Shown here: positions 28,201 through 38,346 of the stretch, in pieces
Layout: each line of letters starts with the position of its first letter
How positions within the stretch are numbered: position 1 is the stretch's first letter
Source of the DNA: an uncultured Planctomycetales bacterium
GTDB lineage: Bacteria > Omnitrophota > Gorgyraeia > Gygaellales > Profunditerraquicolaceae
NCBI GenBank assembly: GCA_964427405.1
Contig: CAYRUB010000003.1
Coordinates: 946-64,945, forward strand
Direction: 5' to 3'
Length of the DNA stretch: 64,000 nt
Translations under genes and position numbers: made by a program
Notes under the pieces: model-generated
What the model was told of the DNA's origin: nothing
Seen by the model: the letters and a program-made list of their open reading frames with translations, nothing else
The model's database searches: none

Positions 28201-28750
28201 TTATTATTTCCGCTTTGCCGCCAACAGCGATAATCTCGGAAGAGGCACGTTTAGAAAACGCATGTGCCTGTATAGTTACCGGATTCTTAATGCTACCCTT
28301 TCCCAATATCTTAATTAAAGCGCTCTCATCACGGATTAAACCATTGTCCTTTAAAAGCTGCGGAGTGACTACGGTCTCTTTTATCTTATTTAAATCTTCG
28401 AGATTAACAATCTGGTAGGTCTTTCTAAAATTACTTACAAACCCGCGCTTGGGCATCTTGCGGATAAGCGGAGATTGACCTCCTTCAAAACCTAAATAAA
28501 AATGCCTTCCAGCGCGCGAGGTCTGCCCTTTGCTTCCGCGGGTAGAGGTCTTACCGTGACCGGATCCGGGACCGCGACCTAAATATTTTCTTTTTTTATG
28601 CGAGCCAAACGGTCGTTTCAGGTTATGTAAAGCAACTAAATTTAACGCGGGCTTCTCCTCGATATTCTTCAAGGCTGGTTTTCTAACTGAAACCTTCTTA
28701 ACTGCCGGTTTCTTAACTATCTGTTCTTTTTTAGATTTTTTCTCTTTCAT
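28193..28750 (-). CDS. rplO: 50S ribosomal protein L15 with about 35-aa Lys-rich N-terminal extension
   Basis: Core LNLVALHNLKRPFGSHKKRKYLGRGPGSGHGKTSTRGSKGQ aligns to the L15 N-terminus; overlaps rpsE stop, leaving no room for rpmD (L30). Confidence 0.9.
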   Translation of the reverse strand: MKEKKSKKEQIVKKPAVKKVSVRKPALKNIEEKPALNLVALHNLKRPFGSHKKRKYLGRGPGSGHGKTSTRGSKGQTSRAGRHFYLGFEGGQSPLIRKMPKRGFVSNFRKTYQIVNLEDLNKIKETVVTPQLLKDNGLIRDESALIKILGKGSIKNPVTIQAHAFSKRASSEIIAVGGKAEIINV

Positions 28751-28758
28751 TTTATTAT

Positions 28759-29211
28759 TTATTCTTTAAGGCTCCTTAACCCCTGCATCGTAGCCTTGAT
28801 TACGTTAATCGGATTATTTGATTTTAAACATTTAGTAAGTATATCTTTTATCCCGGCAGCTTCGCAAATCGCGCGCACTGGCCCTGCAGCAATAACACCC
28901 GTACCTTCAGAGGCAGGCTTAAGCATAACACTTGCCGCACCAAATTTACCGACTATCTCATGGGGGATAGTTGCCCCTTCCATAGGAATCCTAAAAAGGC
29001 TCTTCTTGGCTTTAGTTAAAGATTTGCGAATAGCCTCGGCAACTTCATTGGCTTTATCCAGAGCAAAACCTACCCTGCCCTTGCTATCCCCTACAACCAC
29101 TAAGGCGCTAAAGTGCAATTTCTTACCACCCTTAGTTACTTTGGTAACCCGGTTTATACTAATCACCTTCTCGATTAAATCTGACTGCTGTGCAATATTT
29201 AATTCACGCAT
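28759..29211 (-). CDS. rpsE: 30S ribosomal protein S5
   Basis: 150 aa; S5 family. Confidence 0.95.
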   Translation of the reverse strand: MRELNIAQQSDLIEKVISINRVTKVTKGGKKLHFSALVVVGDSKGRVGFALDKANEVAEAIRKSLTKAKKSLFRIPMEGATIPHEIVGKFGAASVMLKPASEGTGVIAAGPVRAICEAAGIKDILTKCLKSNNPINVIKATMQGLRSLKE

Positions 29212-29214
29212 AAT

Positions 29215-29574
29215 TTAAAACTCCATTCCACCTTTTCTTAATGCCTCGGCAAAAGACTTAACTCTGCCATGGTAAAGATAACCCGCCCGATCAAAGATTA
29301 CTTTACTAATCCCCTTTTCTTTCGCTGTTTTAGCAAAAATTTCTCCAAAAAGCACAGATGATTTAAGGTTTCCCGCAGAGCGAAACTGCTGCTTTAACGC
29401 TTTATCTTTAGTGGAAAGGGAAAACAACACCTTGCTTGTCGTATCATCCAATACCTGAGCAGAGATATTCTTTAAAGAACGATGCACAACCAAACGGGGT
29501 TTCTCAGGCGTGCCTGACATTCTCATCTTGATTCTTTTGTGACGCTTTAACCTTAATTCTTCCTTTTTTCTCAT
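29215..29574 (-). CDS. rplR: 50S ribosomal protein L18
   Basis: 119 aa; L18 family. Confidence 0.95.
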   Translation of the reverse strand: MRKKEELRLKRHKRIKMRMSGTPEKPRLVVHRSLKNISAQVLDDTTSKVLFSLSTKDKALKQQFRSAGNLKSSVLFGEIFAKTAKEKGISKVIFDRAGYLYHGRVKSFAEALRKGGMEF

Positions 29575-29575
29575 T

Positions 29576-30121
29576 TTATTTTCCCGTGGCCTGCGCTTTT
29601 CCTATTTTCTTTTTGACATGTTCACCTAAATAACGGATACCCTTACCCTTATAAGGCTCAGGAGGATAAATCGCGCGGATCTCAGCGGCCATTTTTCCAA
29701 TCAGCTCCTTATCAGTACTTCTTATAATTAATTGCGTGGGCTTAGGTGTTTCAATTTTAATCCCCGCCGGAATTGTAATATTGACTGGATGAGAAAATCC
29801 CAAGGCCATGTTTAATTTATCCCCGGCCACCGCAGCTTTAAACCCTACCCCTTGAATCTCCAGCTCTTTGACATAACCTTCAGTAACCCCTTTAATCATA
29901 TTTATGATCAAGGCACGAAACAAGCCATGCATAGATCTATCTATCTTTGTATTAGATACCCGCTTAACATAAAGCTGGTTATCATTAATCTCCACGCTAA
30001 TACGGTCAGATAGTTTACGGCTAAGCTTGCCTTTTGGGCCCTCAACAAAAACTACTCCCTCTTTAACTTCGATCTTAACTTCTTTTGGTATTACTACCAG
30101 TTTTTTTCCAATTCTAGACAT
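29576..30121 (-). CDS. rplF: 50S ribosomal protein L6
   Basis: 181 aa; L6 family. Confidence 0.95.
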   Translation of the reverse strand: MSRIGKKLVVIPKEVKIEVKEGVVFVEGPKGKLSRKLSDRISVEINDNQLYVKRVSNTKIDRSMHGLFRALIINMIKGVTEGYVKELEIQGVGFKAAVAGDKLNMALGFSHPVNITIPAGIKIETPKPTQLIIRSTDKELIGKMAAEIRAIYPPEPYKGKGIRYLGEHVKKKIGKAQATGK

Positions 30122-30147
30122 TTATTTTTTCCTTTACGCAGAAGCGT

Positions 30148-30193
30148 ACACCGGCTGCTTCCTTTCGGGCCGGGTGTTAGCCCACAAGAGGCT
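30148..30193 (-). repeat. Family-A structured spacer element, copy 2 (same two hairpins in swapped order)
   Basis: Minus RNA AGCCucuugugGGCUaACACCCGGCCcgaaaggaagcaGCCGGUGU between rpsH stop and rplF start; loop again contains AAAGGAAG. Confidence 0.5.
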
Positions 30194-30195
30194 TA

Positions 30196-30591
30196 CTACC
30201 ATACATAACCGATAACTTCGCCGCCTACACCTTGCTCCCGGGCCTGCTTATCGGTAATTACGCCTTTAGATGTAGAAATAATTGCTAAACCCCTCCCGCG
30301 TAAAACTGAAGGGAGCTTCTTACCTGGCACATAAACCCTTAAACCAGGTTTAGAAATACGTTTAATATTACGAATAGCGGATTTGCCTGCGGTATACTTC
30401 AAATAAACCCTGACTATCCCCTGTTTCTTATCTTCAATCAACTTAAAATTATCAATATACTCATTATCCTTGAGAATGGCTATAATTGATTTTATATTGT
30501 TGGATGCCGGAAGATCCACAACATCTCTCTTAATAATTATACCATTGCGTATAATTGTAAAAACGTCTGCGATTAAATCTGTTCTTGACAT
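30196..30591 (-). CDS. rpsH: 30S ribosomal protein S8
   Basis: 131 aa; S8 family. Confidence 0.95.
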   Translation of the reverse strand: MSRTDLIADVFTIIRNGIIIKRDVVDLPASNNIKSIIAILKDNEYIDNFKLIEDKKQGIVRVYLKYTAGKSAIRNIKRISKPGLRVYVPGKKLPSVLRGRGLAIISTSKGVITDKQAREQGVGGEVIGYVW

Positions 30592-30615
30592 TTAGCCCCC
30601 AATTTTTTATTTTAA

Positions 30616-30801
30616 TTACCAGCTGGCTTTTTTAACGCCGGGGATTAACCCCTGCCAAGCCAACTCCCTGAAACAGATGCGGCAAAGTTGAAACCTTCTT
30701 AAATAACCATTACTCCTGCCGCAAATCGAACAACGGTTGTATTTGCGGGTTGAAAATTTTGCCGGCCTTTTCCATCGAGCGATCTGAGAATTCTTTGCCA
30801 T
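30616..30801 (-). CDS. rpsZ: 30S ribosomal protein S14, zinc-binding type Z
   Basis: 61 aa; [20 protein letters not shown] Cys4 motif. Confidence 0.95.
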   Translation of the reverse strand: MAKNSQIARWKRPAKFSTRKYNRCSICGRSNGYLRRFQLCRICFRELAWQGLIPGVKKASW

Positions 30802-30807
30802 TATCTT

Positions 30808-31359
30808 TTATTCCTTATCCTTAAAGGGCATGCCAAAATATTTTAACAACGCCCTTGCCTGATCTTTGGTCTTGGCATTTTTAATTACAAAAGTAATATC
30901 CATACCCTGTGTACGGGTAATCCTATCATATTCAATTTCCGGAAAGATTATCTGCTCGCTTAGGCCCAAGGTATAATTATTACCCTTATCAAAAGAATCC
31001 CGGGAAACACCGCGGAAATCGCGGATACGCGGCAAAGAAATATTGAGCAGGCGATCCATAAATTCATACATCATGGCTTTTCTTAAAGTCACCTTTGCGC
31101 CAACCGCCTGGCCCTGCCTGACCTTAAAATTGGCAATAGCTTTCTTTGCCCGGCGGATAATCGGTTTCTGTCCGGTAATATTAGCCAACTCATCAGCGGC
31201 CTTCTCTAGCATTTTAACATCCTGGGTACCTTCACCGATCCCCATGTTCACCACAATTTTAACCACCACAGGAACAGCCATCTTATTCTTAAGCTTAAAA
31301 TCCTGCATTAATTTAGGAACAATTTCGTTGCGGTATCTTTCTAATAACCTGGGTATCAT
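30808..31359 (-). CDS. rplE: 50S ribosomal protein L5
   Basis: 183 aa; L5 family. Confidence 0.95.
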   Translation of the reverse strand: MIPRLLERYRNEIVPKLMQDFKLKNKMAVPVVVKIVVNMGIGEGTQDVKMLEKAADELANITGQKPIIRRAKKAIANFKVRQGQAVGAKVTLRKAMMYEFMDRLLNISLPRIRDFRGVSRDSFDKGNNYTLGLSEQIIFPEIEYDRITRTQGMDITFVIKNAKTKDQARALLKYFGMPFKDKE

Positions 31360-31360
31360 T

Positions 31361-31672
31361 TTATAGCGCCCCTTTACAGCTCTTGCAAAATCTTGATTTT
31401 GTACCGTCCTTTAATATCATTGCCCCCACACGGCTGGGTTTAGAGCAATGCTTACAGAAAATCATTAGATTAGAAACACTAAGCGGCATTTCAATCGAGA
31501 CTATCCCGCCCTTTTGATCCTGGCGGCTCTGGCGTTTATGCTTCTTGGCCAGATTTAAGCCTTCAACTAAAGCCCGCGCTCCATCTTCAATAACGTTGAT
31601 TACCTTGCCCTGTTTACCCTTATCCTTGCCCTTAGTTATCTGGACAATATCATTCTTCTTAATTTTTTGCAT
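31361..31672 (-). CDS. rplX: 50S ribosomal protein L24 (KOW domain plus C-terminal Cys4 zinc-ribbon variant)
   Basis: 103 aa; N-terminal KOW region matches L24; C-terminus CKHCSKPSRVG...FCKSCKGAL replaces the usual non-Cys tail. Confidence 0.9.
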   Translation of the reverse strand: MQKIKKNDIVQITKGKDKGKQGKVINVIEDGARALVEGLNLAKKHKRQSRQDQKGGIVSIEMPLSVSNLMIFCKHCSKPSRVGAMILKDGTKSRFCKSCKGAL

Positions 31673-32040
31673 TAAATTACCTCTGGCGCTAAAGAAATTA
31701 TCTTATTAAAATTCTTACCCCTTAATTCGCGGGCAACCGGGCCGAATACGCGCGTACCCCTGGGGTTATCTTTTTCATCTATAATTACTATGGCGTTACG
31801 GTCAAAACGTAAGATTGAACCATCCGCCCTTCTTATATCATGTCTAGTGCGCACAATTACCGCTCTGGCTTTTTCCCCTTTTTTTACAGTCGCTCCGGGA
31901 ATAGATTCCTTAATATTGACGTTAATCACATCCCCGATCTCAGCGTTGAAGCTCCCCTTTTTACCCAAAGTAGCAATCATCGAAGCCCGTCGCGCTCCAG
32001 TATTATCTGCAACGTCTAAAATAGAACGTAACTGAATCAT
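31672..32040 (-). CDS. rplN: 50S ribosomal protein L14
   Basis: 122 aa; [17 protein letters not shown]. Confidence 0.95.
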   Translation of the reverse strand: MIQLRSILDVADNTGARRASMIATLGKKGSFNAEIGDVINVNIKESIPGATVKKGEKARAVIVRTRHDIRRADGSILRFDRNAIVIIDEKDNPRGTRVFGPVARELRGKNFNKIISLAPEVI

Positions 32041-32322
32041 TTATACGATCTCCTCAGGAACAACAGCCTCTATCTTCTGGAATTTCTTGATCACTTCCTT
32101 AACAATAAAACGTTTATCTTTTGACAAAGGGCGGGTTTCAACGATTCTTACAGTATCCCCAAGTTTAGCAATACCCTTTTCATCATGCGCCTTAAACTTA
32201 TTGTGCATCCTTATCGTCTTGGAATATTTTGCATGCCTGCTCAAATGCATGGTCTTTACTACTACCGTCTTCTGCATCTTATCGCTGACTACCACTCCGG
32301 TAAATTCTTTTTGCTTACCCAT
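32041..32322 (-). CDS. rpsQ: 30S ribosomal protein S17
   Basis: 93 aa; S17 family. Confidence 0.95.
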   Translation of the reverse strand: MGKQKEFTGVVVSDKMQKTVVVKTMHLSRHAKYSKTIRMHNKFKAHDEKGIAKLGDTVRIVETRPLSKDKRFIVKEVIKKFQKIEAVVPEEIV

Positions 32323-32323
32323 C

Positions 32324-32515
32324 TTATTTATCTTTCTTCTCGTTTAAGATTGTCCTGATGCGCGCGATATCCTGCTTAATCAGTCCAAACTTGTGTGGTT
32401 TCTCCACGCTGCCCGTATAGCGCTGTATATTCAGTTTAGAGAGTTCATCATACAAAGCTTTTTCTTTCAGCAGTAACTCACCTTCCGATAAATTTCTCAA
32501 CTCTTCTGCTTTCAT
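32324..32515 (-). CDS. rpmC: 50S ribosomal protein L29
   Basis: 63 aa; L29 family. Confidence 0.9.
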   Translation of the reverse strand: MKAEELRNLSEGELLLKEKALYDELSKLNIQRYTGSVEKPHKFGLIKQDIARIRTILNEKKDK

Positions 32516-32516
32516 A

Positions 32517-32933
32517 TTATTTATGCACCCTGGTTACAAATTTAGTACGCAGCGGCATCTTATAAGCTGCCAGACGGAAACAGGCCTTGGCATACTCCTC
32601 AGGAACTCCACCTAATTCAAAAAGTATGCGCCCTCTCTTTACCACACAGACCCAATGATCAAGATCGCCTTTTCCTTTACCCATACGCACTTCTGCCGGT
32701 TTCTTGGTGATGGATTTATCCGGAAAGATCCTGATCCATAATTTCCCGCCTTTATGCAGTTGGCGCGCCAAGATAACGCGTACTGCTTCGATCTGCGTAT
32801 TCTTGATCCACCCATTATCCAATGACTTTAAACCGAATTCACCAAAAGACAAAGTCGCTCCGCAAGTGGCTATTCCGCGCCTTTGACCTTTTTGTAATTT
32901 ACGATATTTGACCCTTTTGGGCATTAAAACCAT
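32517..32933 (-). CDS. rplP: 50S ribosomal protein L16
   Basis: 138 aa; L16 family. Confidence 0.95.
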   Translation of the reverse strand: MVLMPKRVKYRKLQKGQRRGIATCGATLSFGEFGLKSLDNGWIKNTQIEAVRVILARQLHKGGKLWIRIFPDKSITKKPAEVRMGKGKGDLDHWVCVVKRGRILFELGGVPEEYAKACFRLAAYKMPLRTKFVTRVHK

Positions 32934-32956
32934 TTCTCACTGCTCCTAACTAAGTA

Positions 32957-33661
32957 TTACCGTTGAGGCCTAAACTGTTCTTTTGACTGCTGTTGTTGGC
33001 CCGCAGTCTTTGTTTCTTCCTGTATAAATTGTTTTCCCAGGACATCCCCTTTATAAATCCAAACCTTAACTCCAATTAAACCATATGTAGTAAGGGCTTC
33101 TGCAAAACCATAATCAATATCCGCGCGTAAAGTCTGTAAAGGAACCGAACCAATTTTATAGGTTTCCCTGCGTCCCATTTCCGCGCCATTAAGCCGCCCG
33201 GCACAACTTACCCTTATCCCTTTTACTCCTGAGGCAATAGACTGTTCCATGGCCCTTTTTACGGCGCGCCTGAATGCAATTCTCTTCTCCTGTTGTAAAG
33301 CGATATTCTCCGCTACTAACTGCGCATCCCAGGCGGGATTATTTATCTCATGTATATCTATAGAAAGCTCATTTTTTACCAAGCTATTCAAGTCTGAACG
33401 CAAGCGCTCGATATCCGAACCATGCCTGCCGATAATAATGCCCGGCCGAGCGGAAAAAATACGGATTTTAATTTTCTCTGCCAACCTCTCAATAACAATC
33501 TTTGAAATCGCAGCCTGCTTAAATTTGCTTTTAATAAACTTTCTGATCTTGTAATCCTGCTGAATAAACAGCGGGAAATCTTTAGCTTTAGCAAACCAGC
33601 GTGAATGCCACTGTCTTATAAAACCAATCCTTAATATCAAAGGACTTACTTTATGTCCCAT
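32957..33661 (-). CDS. rpsC: 30S ribosomal protein S3
   Basis: 234 aa; KH domain and S3 C-terminal domain. Confidence 0.95.
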   Translation of the reverse strand: MGHKVSPLILRIGFIRQWHSRWFAKAKDFPLFIQQDYKIRKFIKSKFKQAAISKIVIERLAEKIKIRIFSARPGIIIGRHGSDIERLRSDLNSLVKNELSIDIHEINNPAWDAQLVAENIALQQEKRIAFRRAVKRAMEQSIASGVKGIRVSCAGRLNGAEMGRRETYKIGSVPLQTLRADIDYGFAEALTTYGLIGVKVWIYKGDVLGKQFIQEETKTAGQQQQSKEQFRPQR

Positions 33662-33667
33662 AAATTA

Positions 33668-33748
33668 TTCTCCTTGCCCAAAAGGGCACACCCGCGCAAT
33701 TTTCGCCACCTGGCGAACACTGGCCCAATTCCTGTCTGGGCCAAGTGC
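33668..33748 (-). promoter_or_regulatory. Structured ~80-nt RNA element in rplV-rpsC spacer (multi-stem, GC-rich)
   Basis: Minus RNA GCAAAAGGCAC-UUGGCCCAgacaggaaUUGGGCCAGUG-UUCGCCagguGGCGAA-aauugcgcgg-GUGUGCCCUUUUGGG: outer stem enclosing two perfect local hairpins; unusually long (93 nt) and GC-rich spacer inside an otherwise tightly packed operon. Confidence 0.4.
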
Positions 33749-33754
33749 CTTTTG

Positions 33755-34099
33755 CTAATGCGGAATACTATCTTTCAAATCCAATTCGATCTTTATATGT
33801 GCGGTGCGCTTAACTATTGATGCCGCCCGGCCAAAAGCAGCAGCCTTAAACCTTTTCCACATCGGCCCGGGGTTACAAACAATTTTAGAAACATATAATT
33901 TATCCGCCGTAAAACCTTTAACCTTGGCGTTAGCAATCGCGGATTTTAATATTTTTATCAGGTATTCTTTGGCCCTTTTATTTAAATGCAGCAAAATACC
34001 CTGCGCCTCAATGGCGTCTTTGCCGCGGATAAGATCCATGACCAGGCGGACCTTACTGGGTGAAACCCGTAGAAATTTTCCTTCAGCTTTTGAAATCAT
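33755..34099 (-). CDS. rplV: 50S ribosomal protein L22
   Basis: Start moved to MISKAEGKFLRVSPSKVRLV (L22 N-terminus) just after rpsS stop; the ORF track's 14 extra residues overlap rpsS. Confidence 0.9.
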   Translation of the reverse strand: MISKAEGKFLRVSPSKVRLVMDLIRGKDAIEAQGILLHLNKRAKEYLIKILKSAIANAKVKGFTADKLYVSKIVCNPGPMWKRFKAAAFGRAASIVKRTAHIKIELDLKDSIPH

Positions 34100-34100
34100 C

Positions 34101-34388
34101 TTATGTCTTCTCCAACGCTTTCTTAGCTTTAATACCGCCATGCTTTCTGAAAATCCTTGAGGGAGAAAATTCGCCCAACTTATGCCCTACCATATTCTCG
34201 GTAACAAACACCGGATTATGCCTTCTACCGTCATAAACCGCAAAAGTCAGGCCCACAAAATCAGGAATTATGGTTGAACGGCGGCTCCAGGTTTTAATTG
34301 CCTGGCGCTCTCCGCTCTTGGTATGCTTTTCGACCTTTTTTAATAAACTCTCCTCAACATACGGACCTTTTTTTAATGAGCGCGGCAT
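34101..34388 (-). CDS. rpsS: 30S ribosomal protein S19
   Basis: 95 aa; [11 protein letters not shown]. Confidence 0.95.
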   Translation of the reverse strand: MPRSLKKGPYVEESLLKKVEKHTKSGERQAIKTWSRRSTIIPDFVGLTFAVYDGRRHNPVFVTENMVGHKLGEFSPSRIFRKHGGIKAKKALEKT

Positions 34389-34390
34389 AA

Positions 34391-35227
34391 TTATGGTTTC
34401 CTTCTCTTTATGATAAATTTGTTAGAATACTTATTACGATTTCTAGTCCTGTAACCTTTAGTAGGCTTACCCCAGGGAGTAACCGGATGAGGATTACCCT
34501 GGCCGGATTTACCTTCGCCTCCGCCGTGAGGATGGTCAACAGGATTCATTACCACACCTCTTACAGAAGGCCTAATGCCTAACCAGCGACTTTTTCCAGC
34601 TTTACCTAAAATCAACGATTCATGCTCTATGTTTCCAATTTGGCCAATAGTAGCGTGACAATCCAAACTCACTAATCTTACTTCCCCGGAAGGTAACCTT
34701 ATATGGGCAAAGTCGCCTTCTTTTGCCATAATCTGAGCACTAGTGCCAGCCCCACGCACAATCTGGCCACCCTTACCTTTAAATAATTCAATATTATGAA
34801 TCAGTGTACCGGAAGGAATATTACGTATGAGAAGGCAATTACCTACCTTAATCTCCATATCTTTCTGGTTGCTGGATACAATCATATCTTCAACATTAAG
34901 GCCAACCGGGGCGATAATATAACGCTTTTCTTTATCCGGATATTCAACCAAAGCGATTCTGGCTGAACGGTTAGGATCATATTCAATGCCCAGAACTTTT
35001 GCCGGCTGATCATAAATATCCCGCTTAAAATCAACGATACGCAACATCCTTTTATGCCCGCCACCAATATGCCTGGTAGTTATACGGCCATAAGAATTTC
35101 TTCCGCCGGTTTTCTTAAGCGGCATCAACAATGAACGCTCAGGTTTATGCTTAGTAATCTCGGCAAAATCCGGACCACTCATATGCCTGCGGCTTGGTGT
35201 AGTTGGTTTAAATTTAATAATACCCAT
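34391..35227 (-). CDS. rplB: 50S ribosomal protein L2
   Basis: 278 aa; L2 family. Confidence 0.95.
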   Translation of the reverse strand: MGIIKFKPTTPSRRHMSGPDFAEITKHKPERSLLMPLKKTGGRNSYGRITTRHIGGGHKRMLRIVDFKRDIYDQPAKVLGIEYDPNRSARIALVEYPDKEKRYIIAPVGLNVEDMIVSSNQKDMEIKVGNCLLIRNIPSGTLIHNIELFKGKGGQIVRGAGTSAQIMAKEGDFAHIRLPSGEVRLVSLDCHATIGQIGNIEHESLILGKAGKSRWLGIRPSVRGVVMNPVDHPHGGGEGKSGQGNPHPVTPWGKPTKGYRTRNRNKYSNKFIIKRRKP

Positions 35228-35228
35228 A

Positions 35229-35507
35229 TTATGAAACCTCTATCTTCTGTCCGGCCGCTAAAGTAACTACGGCCTTCTTGGTGTCTGACGTACGGCCCAA
35301 CTGGTGCCTGACCCTTTTAAGCTTGCCTGCTGAAACAAAAGTATTTACATCTTTTACCTTCACCTTATAAGCCTGCTCTACAGCTTTCTTAATCTGGATC
35401 TTATTGGCGGAATTAACTACCAGAAAAAGATACTTGCCGGCTGGCTGATAAGTGCTGGATTTCTCCGTCTGTAAAAGAGCCTTAATTATTATCTCGCCAT
35501 TGCTCAT
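35229..35507 (-). CDS. rplW: 50S ribosomal protein L23
   Basis: 92 aa; L23 family. Confidence 0.9.
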   Translation of the reverse strand: MSNGEIIIKALLQTEKSSTYQPAGKYLFLVVNSANKIQIKKAVEQAYKVKVKDVNTFVSAGKLKRVRHQLGRTSDTKKAVVTLAAGQKIEVS

Positions 35508-36151
35508 TACTTCAACCTCTCAGTCAATTCATTTAAGCCGGCTTTGGTAATAAGCAGTTTCTGGTTATTCATTACCTCGTAAGCGTGGCAATCTTTAGCT
35601 AAATCTACGGTTAAAAAACTAATATTCTTCAAGGCCTTCTTTAAATCAGCGTCTAATTTATGGGTTAAAAATAAGACCTTCTTTTCTTTCTTAATTTTGG
35701 CGGAAAACAATTTAAGATTAGTTAATATCTTTACCGCCAGTTTAGTCTTAGGCGCCTCAACCTTAAACTCATCTAAAACTAAAAAATTATTTTCTTTTAA
35801 CCTGGTATTTAAACTAGTCTTTAAAGCCAGTGCCTTGATCTTCTGGGGAATCTCGTAAGAAAAATCGCGGGGATGCGGGCCAAAAGTTACTCCACCGTGC
35901 CTCCAAAGAGGAGAACGCGTAGATCCTACACGCGCCCGGCCAGTACCTTTTTGTTTCCATGGTTTCTTACCACCGCCGGAAACTTCTCCACGGGTCTTAG
36001 TCGCAGCTAAACCTTTTCTCTGATTAGCCTGGTAACCCAAAATTGCCTGATGAAGACAGTCTAAATTTTGGCTGCCGTCAAAGACTTCAGCATTAAGCTT
36101 TATTGTATCAACTTCTTTGCCTTCACTATCATATACAGGTAAAGTAAACAT
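35507..36151 (-). CDS. rplD: 50S ribosomal protein L4
   Basis: 214 aa; L4 family. Confidence 0.95.
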   Translation of the reverse strand: MFTLPVYDSEGKEVDTIKLNAEVFDGSQNLDCLHQAILGYQANQRKGLAATKTRGEVSGGGKKPWKQKGTGRARVGSTRSPLWRHGGVTFGPHPRDFSYEIPQKIKALALKTSLNTRLKENNFLVLDEFKVEAPKTKLAVKILTNLKLFSAKIKKEKKVLFLTHKLDADLKKALKNISFLTVDLAKDCHAYEVMNNQKLLITKAGLNELTERLK

Positions 36152-36152
36152 A

Positions 36153-36788
36153 TTATTTCTTAAGCACTGCTTTCTTAAAAGCCTTTTTCTTGGCCTTAGT
36201 AATTACCAAATAACCATTCTTAAACCCGGGAACTCCCCCTTCAACCAAAAGAATGTTATTTGCTAAATCCACCTTGATGACTTTAAGGTTTTGAATTGTA
36301 GCCTTGGCAGCTCCCATATGACCGGGCATATGATGCCCAAGAAATACTCGTCCGGGAGTGGTGCTTGATCCTATGGAACCCACTCTGCGATGCGAAGTTG
36401 AACCATGAGTTCTCGGCCCACCTTGCCAATGCCAACGTTTCATTCCACCTTGAAAACCTTTACCAATAGAGATCCCGCTAACATCTACAAAATCTCCTTC
36501 GGCAAAAAGATCAACCTTAAGCTCATCTCCAACCTTATATTCAACATTCGCCTCTTTTGTAAGATCCTTAATTACCTTACGCGGAGAAATATTTAATTTC
36601 TTAAAAAATCCTGCCTGGGGTTTTTTCAGGCTCTTTTCAGGCACTGCGTCAAAACCCAGCTGGATATTCTTGTCCATAACCATTAAAACAGGACAAGGCC
36701 CTGCCTGTATGGCTGTAACCCCCACCTGGCTGTTATCCGCCGTAAAAACCTGCGTCATTCCAATTTTTTTACCAATCAAACCAATCAT
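36153..36788 (-). CDS. rplC: 50S ribosomal protein L3
   Basis: 211 aa; L3 family. Confidence 0.95.
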   Translation of the reverse strand: MIGLIGKKIGMTQVFTADNSQVGVTAIQAGPCPVLMVMDKNIQLGFDAVPEKSLKKPQAGFFKKLNISPRKVIKDLTKEANVEYKVGDELKVDLFAEGDFVDVSGISIGKGFQGGMKRWHWQGGPRTHGSTSHRRVGSIGSSTTPGRVFLGHHMPGHMGAAKATIQNLKVIKVDLANNILLVEGGVPGFKNGYLVITKAKKKAFKKAVLKK

Positions 36789-36813
36789 TTCTTTTTTATC
36801 CGTTTTTGATTTA

Positions 36814-37134
36814 CTACTTGATCTCTACATCCACACCTGCGGGCAAGTTTAACTTCCTTAATGAATCGATGGTCTTAGCTGTGGGTTCAAAGATGTCAAT
36901 AAGGCGCTTATGGGTAGATAAATCAAACTGTTCACGCGATTTCTTGTCAACATGCGGAGAACGCAGTACCGTATAAATTTCCCTTTTTGTGGGAAGCGGC
37001 ACGGGACCGGAAATCTTGGCCCCGGTGCGCTTAACAGTATCTACGATCTCAATTACTGCCTGATCCAAAAGCCGGTGATCATAGGCTTTTAATTTAATAC
37101 GAATCTTTTGAGTATTCATTGACTTATGCAACAA
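36814..37134 (-). CDS. rpsJ: 30S ribosomal protein S10
   Basis: 106 aa; [19 protein letters not shown]. Confidence 0.95.
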   Translation of the reverse strand: MLHKSMNTQKIRIKLKAYDHRLLDQAVIEIVDTVKRTGAKISGPVPLPTKREIYTVLRSPHVDKKSREQFDLSTHKRLIDIFEPTAKTIDSLRKLNLPAGVDVEIK

Positions 37135-38326
37135 TCTCCGTAACTACGCCTGCACCCACGGTATGGCCACCTTCGCGGATAGCAAAACGTGATTCTTTCT
37201 CCATGGCAATCGGAGTGATCAATTCTACTTCCAGGACTACATTATCGCCGGGCATAACCATTTCTATCCCCGCTGGGAGTGTAGCTGAACCCGTAACATC
37301 AGTAGTACGAAAATAGAACTGCGGACGATAACCTTTAAAAAATGGGGTATGCCTTCCACCTTCTTCTTTAGTCAAGATATAAACCTGAGCCTTGAATTTT
37401 GTATGCGGTAGAATGGATTTAGGAGCAGCAATGACCATTCCGCGCTCAATATCATTCTTTTCCACACCTCTTAAAAGCAGTCCGACATTATCCCCGGCAT
37501 GGCCTTCATCCAGTAACTTACGGAACATCTCTATTCCGGTAACTACTGACTTCTTAGCTTCAGGCCTAAGGCCGATAATCTCAACTTCTTCCCCCACCTT
37601 TACCTTGCCACGCTCAATTCTTCCTGTTCCTACAGTACCTCTACCTTCAATGCTAAAAACATCTTCCACTGCCATAAGTAAAGGTTTGTCTAATTCTCTC
37701 GGAGGAAGCGGAATAAACTCATCAACTGCTTTCATTAAATCTAAAATCGGTTTAGCATCCGGGCCATTAGGATCAGTTGCAGCATAAGCCTTATTTGCGC
37801 TACCGCGGATAATCGGGGTTTTGTCTCCAGGATACCCGTATTTAGTCAAAAGCTCCCTGATCTCCATTTCCACCAGATCCAAAAGCTCTTTATCATCTAC
37901 CAAATCGACCTTATTCATGAACACAACCATGGATGGCACATTAACCTGACGCGCCAAAAGAATATGCTCTCTAGTCTGAGGCATAGGGCCGTCAGCTGCT
38001 GAAACTACCAGAATTGCCCCGTCCATCTGGGCTGCGCCGGTAATCATATTCTTAATGTAATCTGCATGGCCCGGACAATCAATATGTGCATAATGGCGGG
38101 CATCTGTTTCGTATTCAACATGGGCAACTGAAATAGTAACTACCTTTGTATCATCTCTGACTGTTCCGCCCTTGGCAATATCCGCATAGTCCCTATGCGC
38201 GGCTTTACCAAGTTTTGATAAAACGTTACAAATGGCAGCAGTGAGTGTAGTCTTACCATGATCAATATGACCAATGGTCCCAATATTTACATGTGGTTTA
38301 CTTCTTACAAATTTCTCTTTAGCCAT
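37124..38326 (-). CDS. tuf: Elongation factor Tu
   Basis: 400 aa; [22 protein letters not shown] motifs. Confidence 0.97.
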   Translation of the reverse strand: MAKEKFVRSKPHVNIGTIGHIDHGKTTLTAAICNVLSKLGKAAHRDYADIAKGGTVRDDTKVVTISVAHVEYETDARHYAHIDCPGHADYIKNMITGAAQMDGAILVVSAADGPMPQTREHILLARQVNVPSMVVFMNKVDLVDDKELLDLVEMEIRELLTKYGYPGDKTPIIRGSANKAYAATDPNGPDAKPILDLMKAVDEFIPLPPRELDKPLLMAVEDVFSIEGRGTVGTGRIERGKVKVGEEVEIIGLRPEAKKSVVTGIEMFRKLLDEGHAGDNVGLLLRGVEKNDIERGMVIAAPKSILPHTKFKAQVYILTKEEGGRHTPFFKGYRPQFYFRTTDVTGSATLPAGIEMVMPGDNVVLEVELITPIAMEKESRFAIREGGHTVGAGVVTEIVA

Positions 38327-38346
38327 TTCTTAGCCCTCCTATTTTT

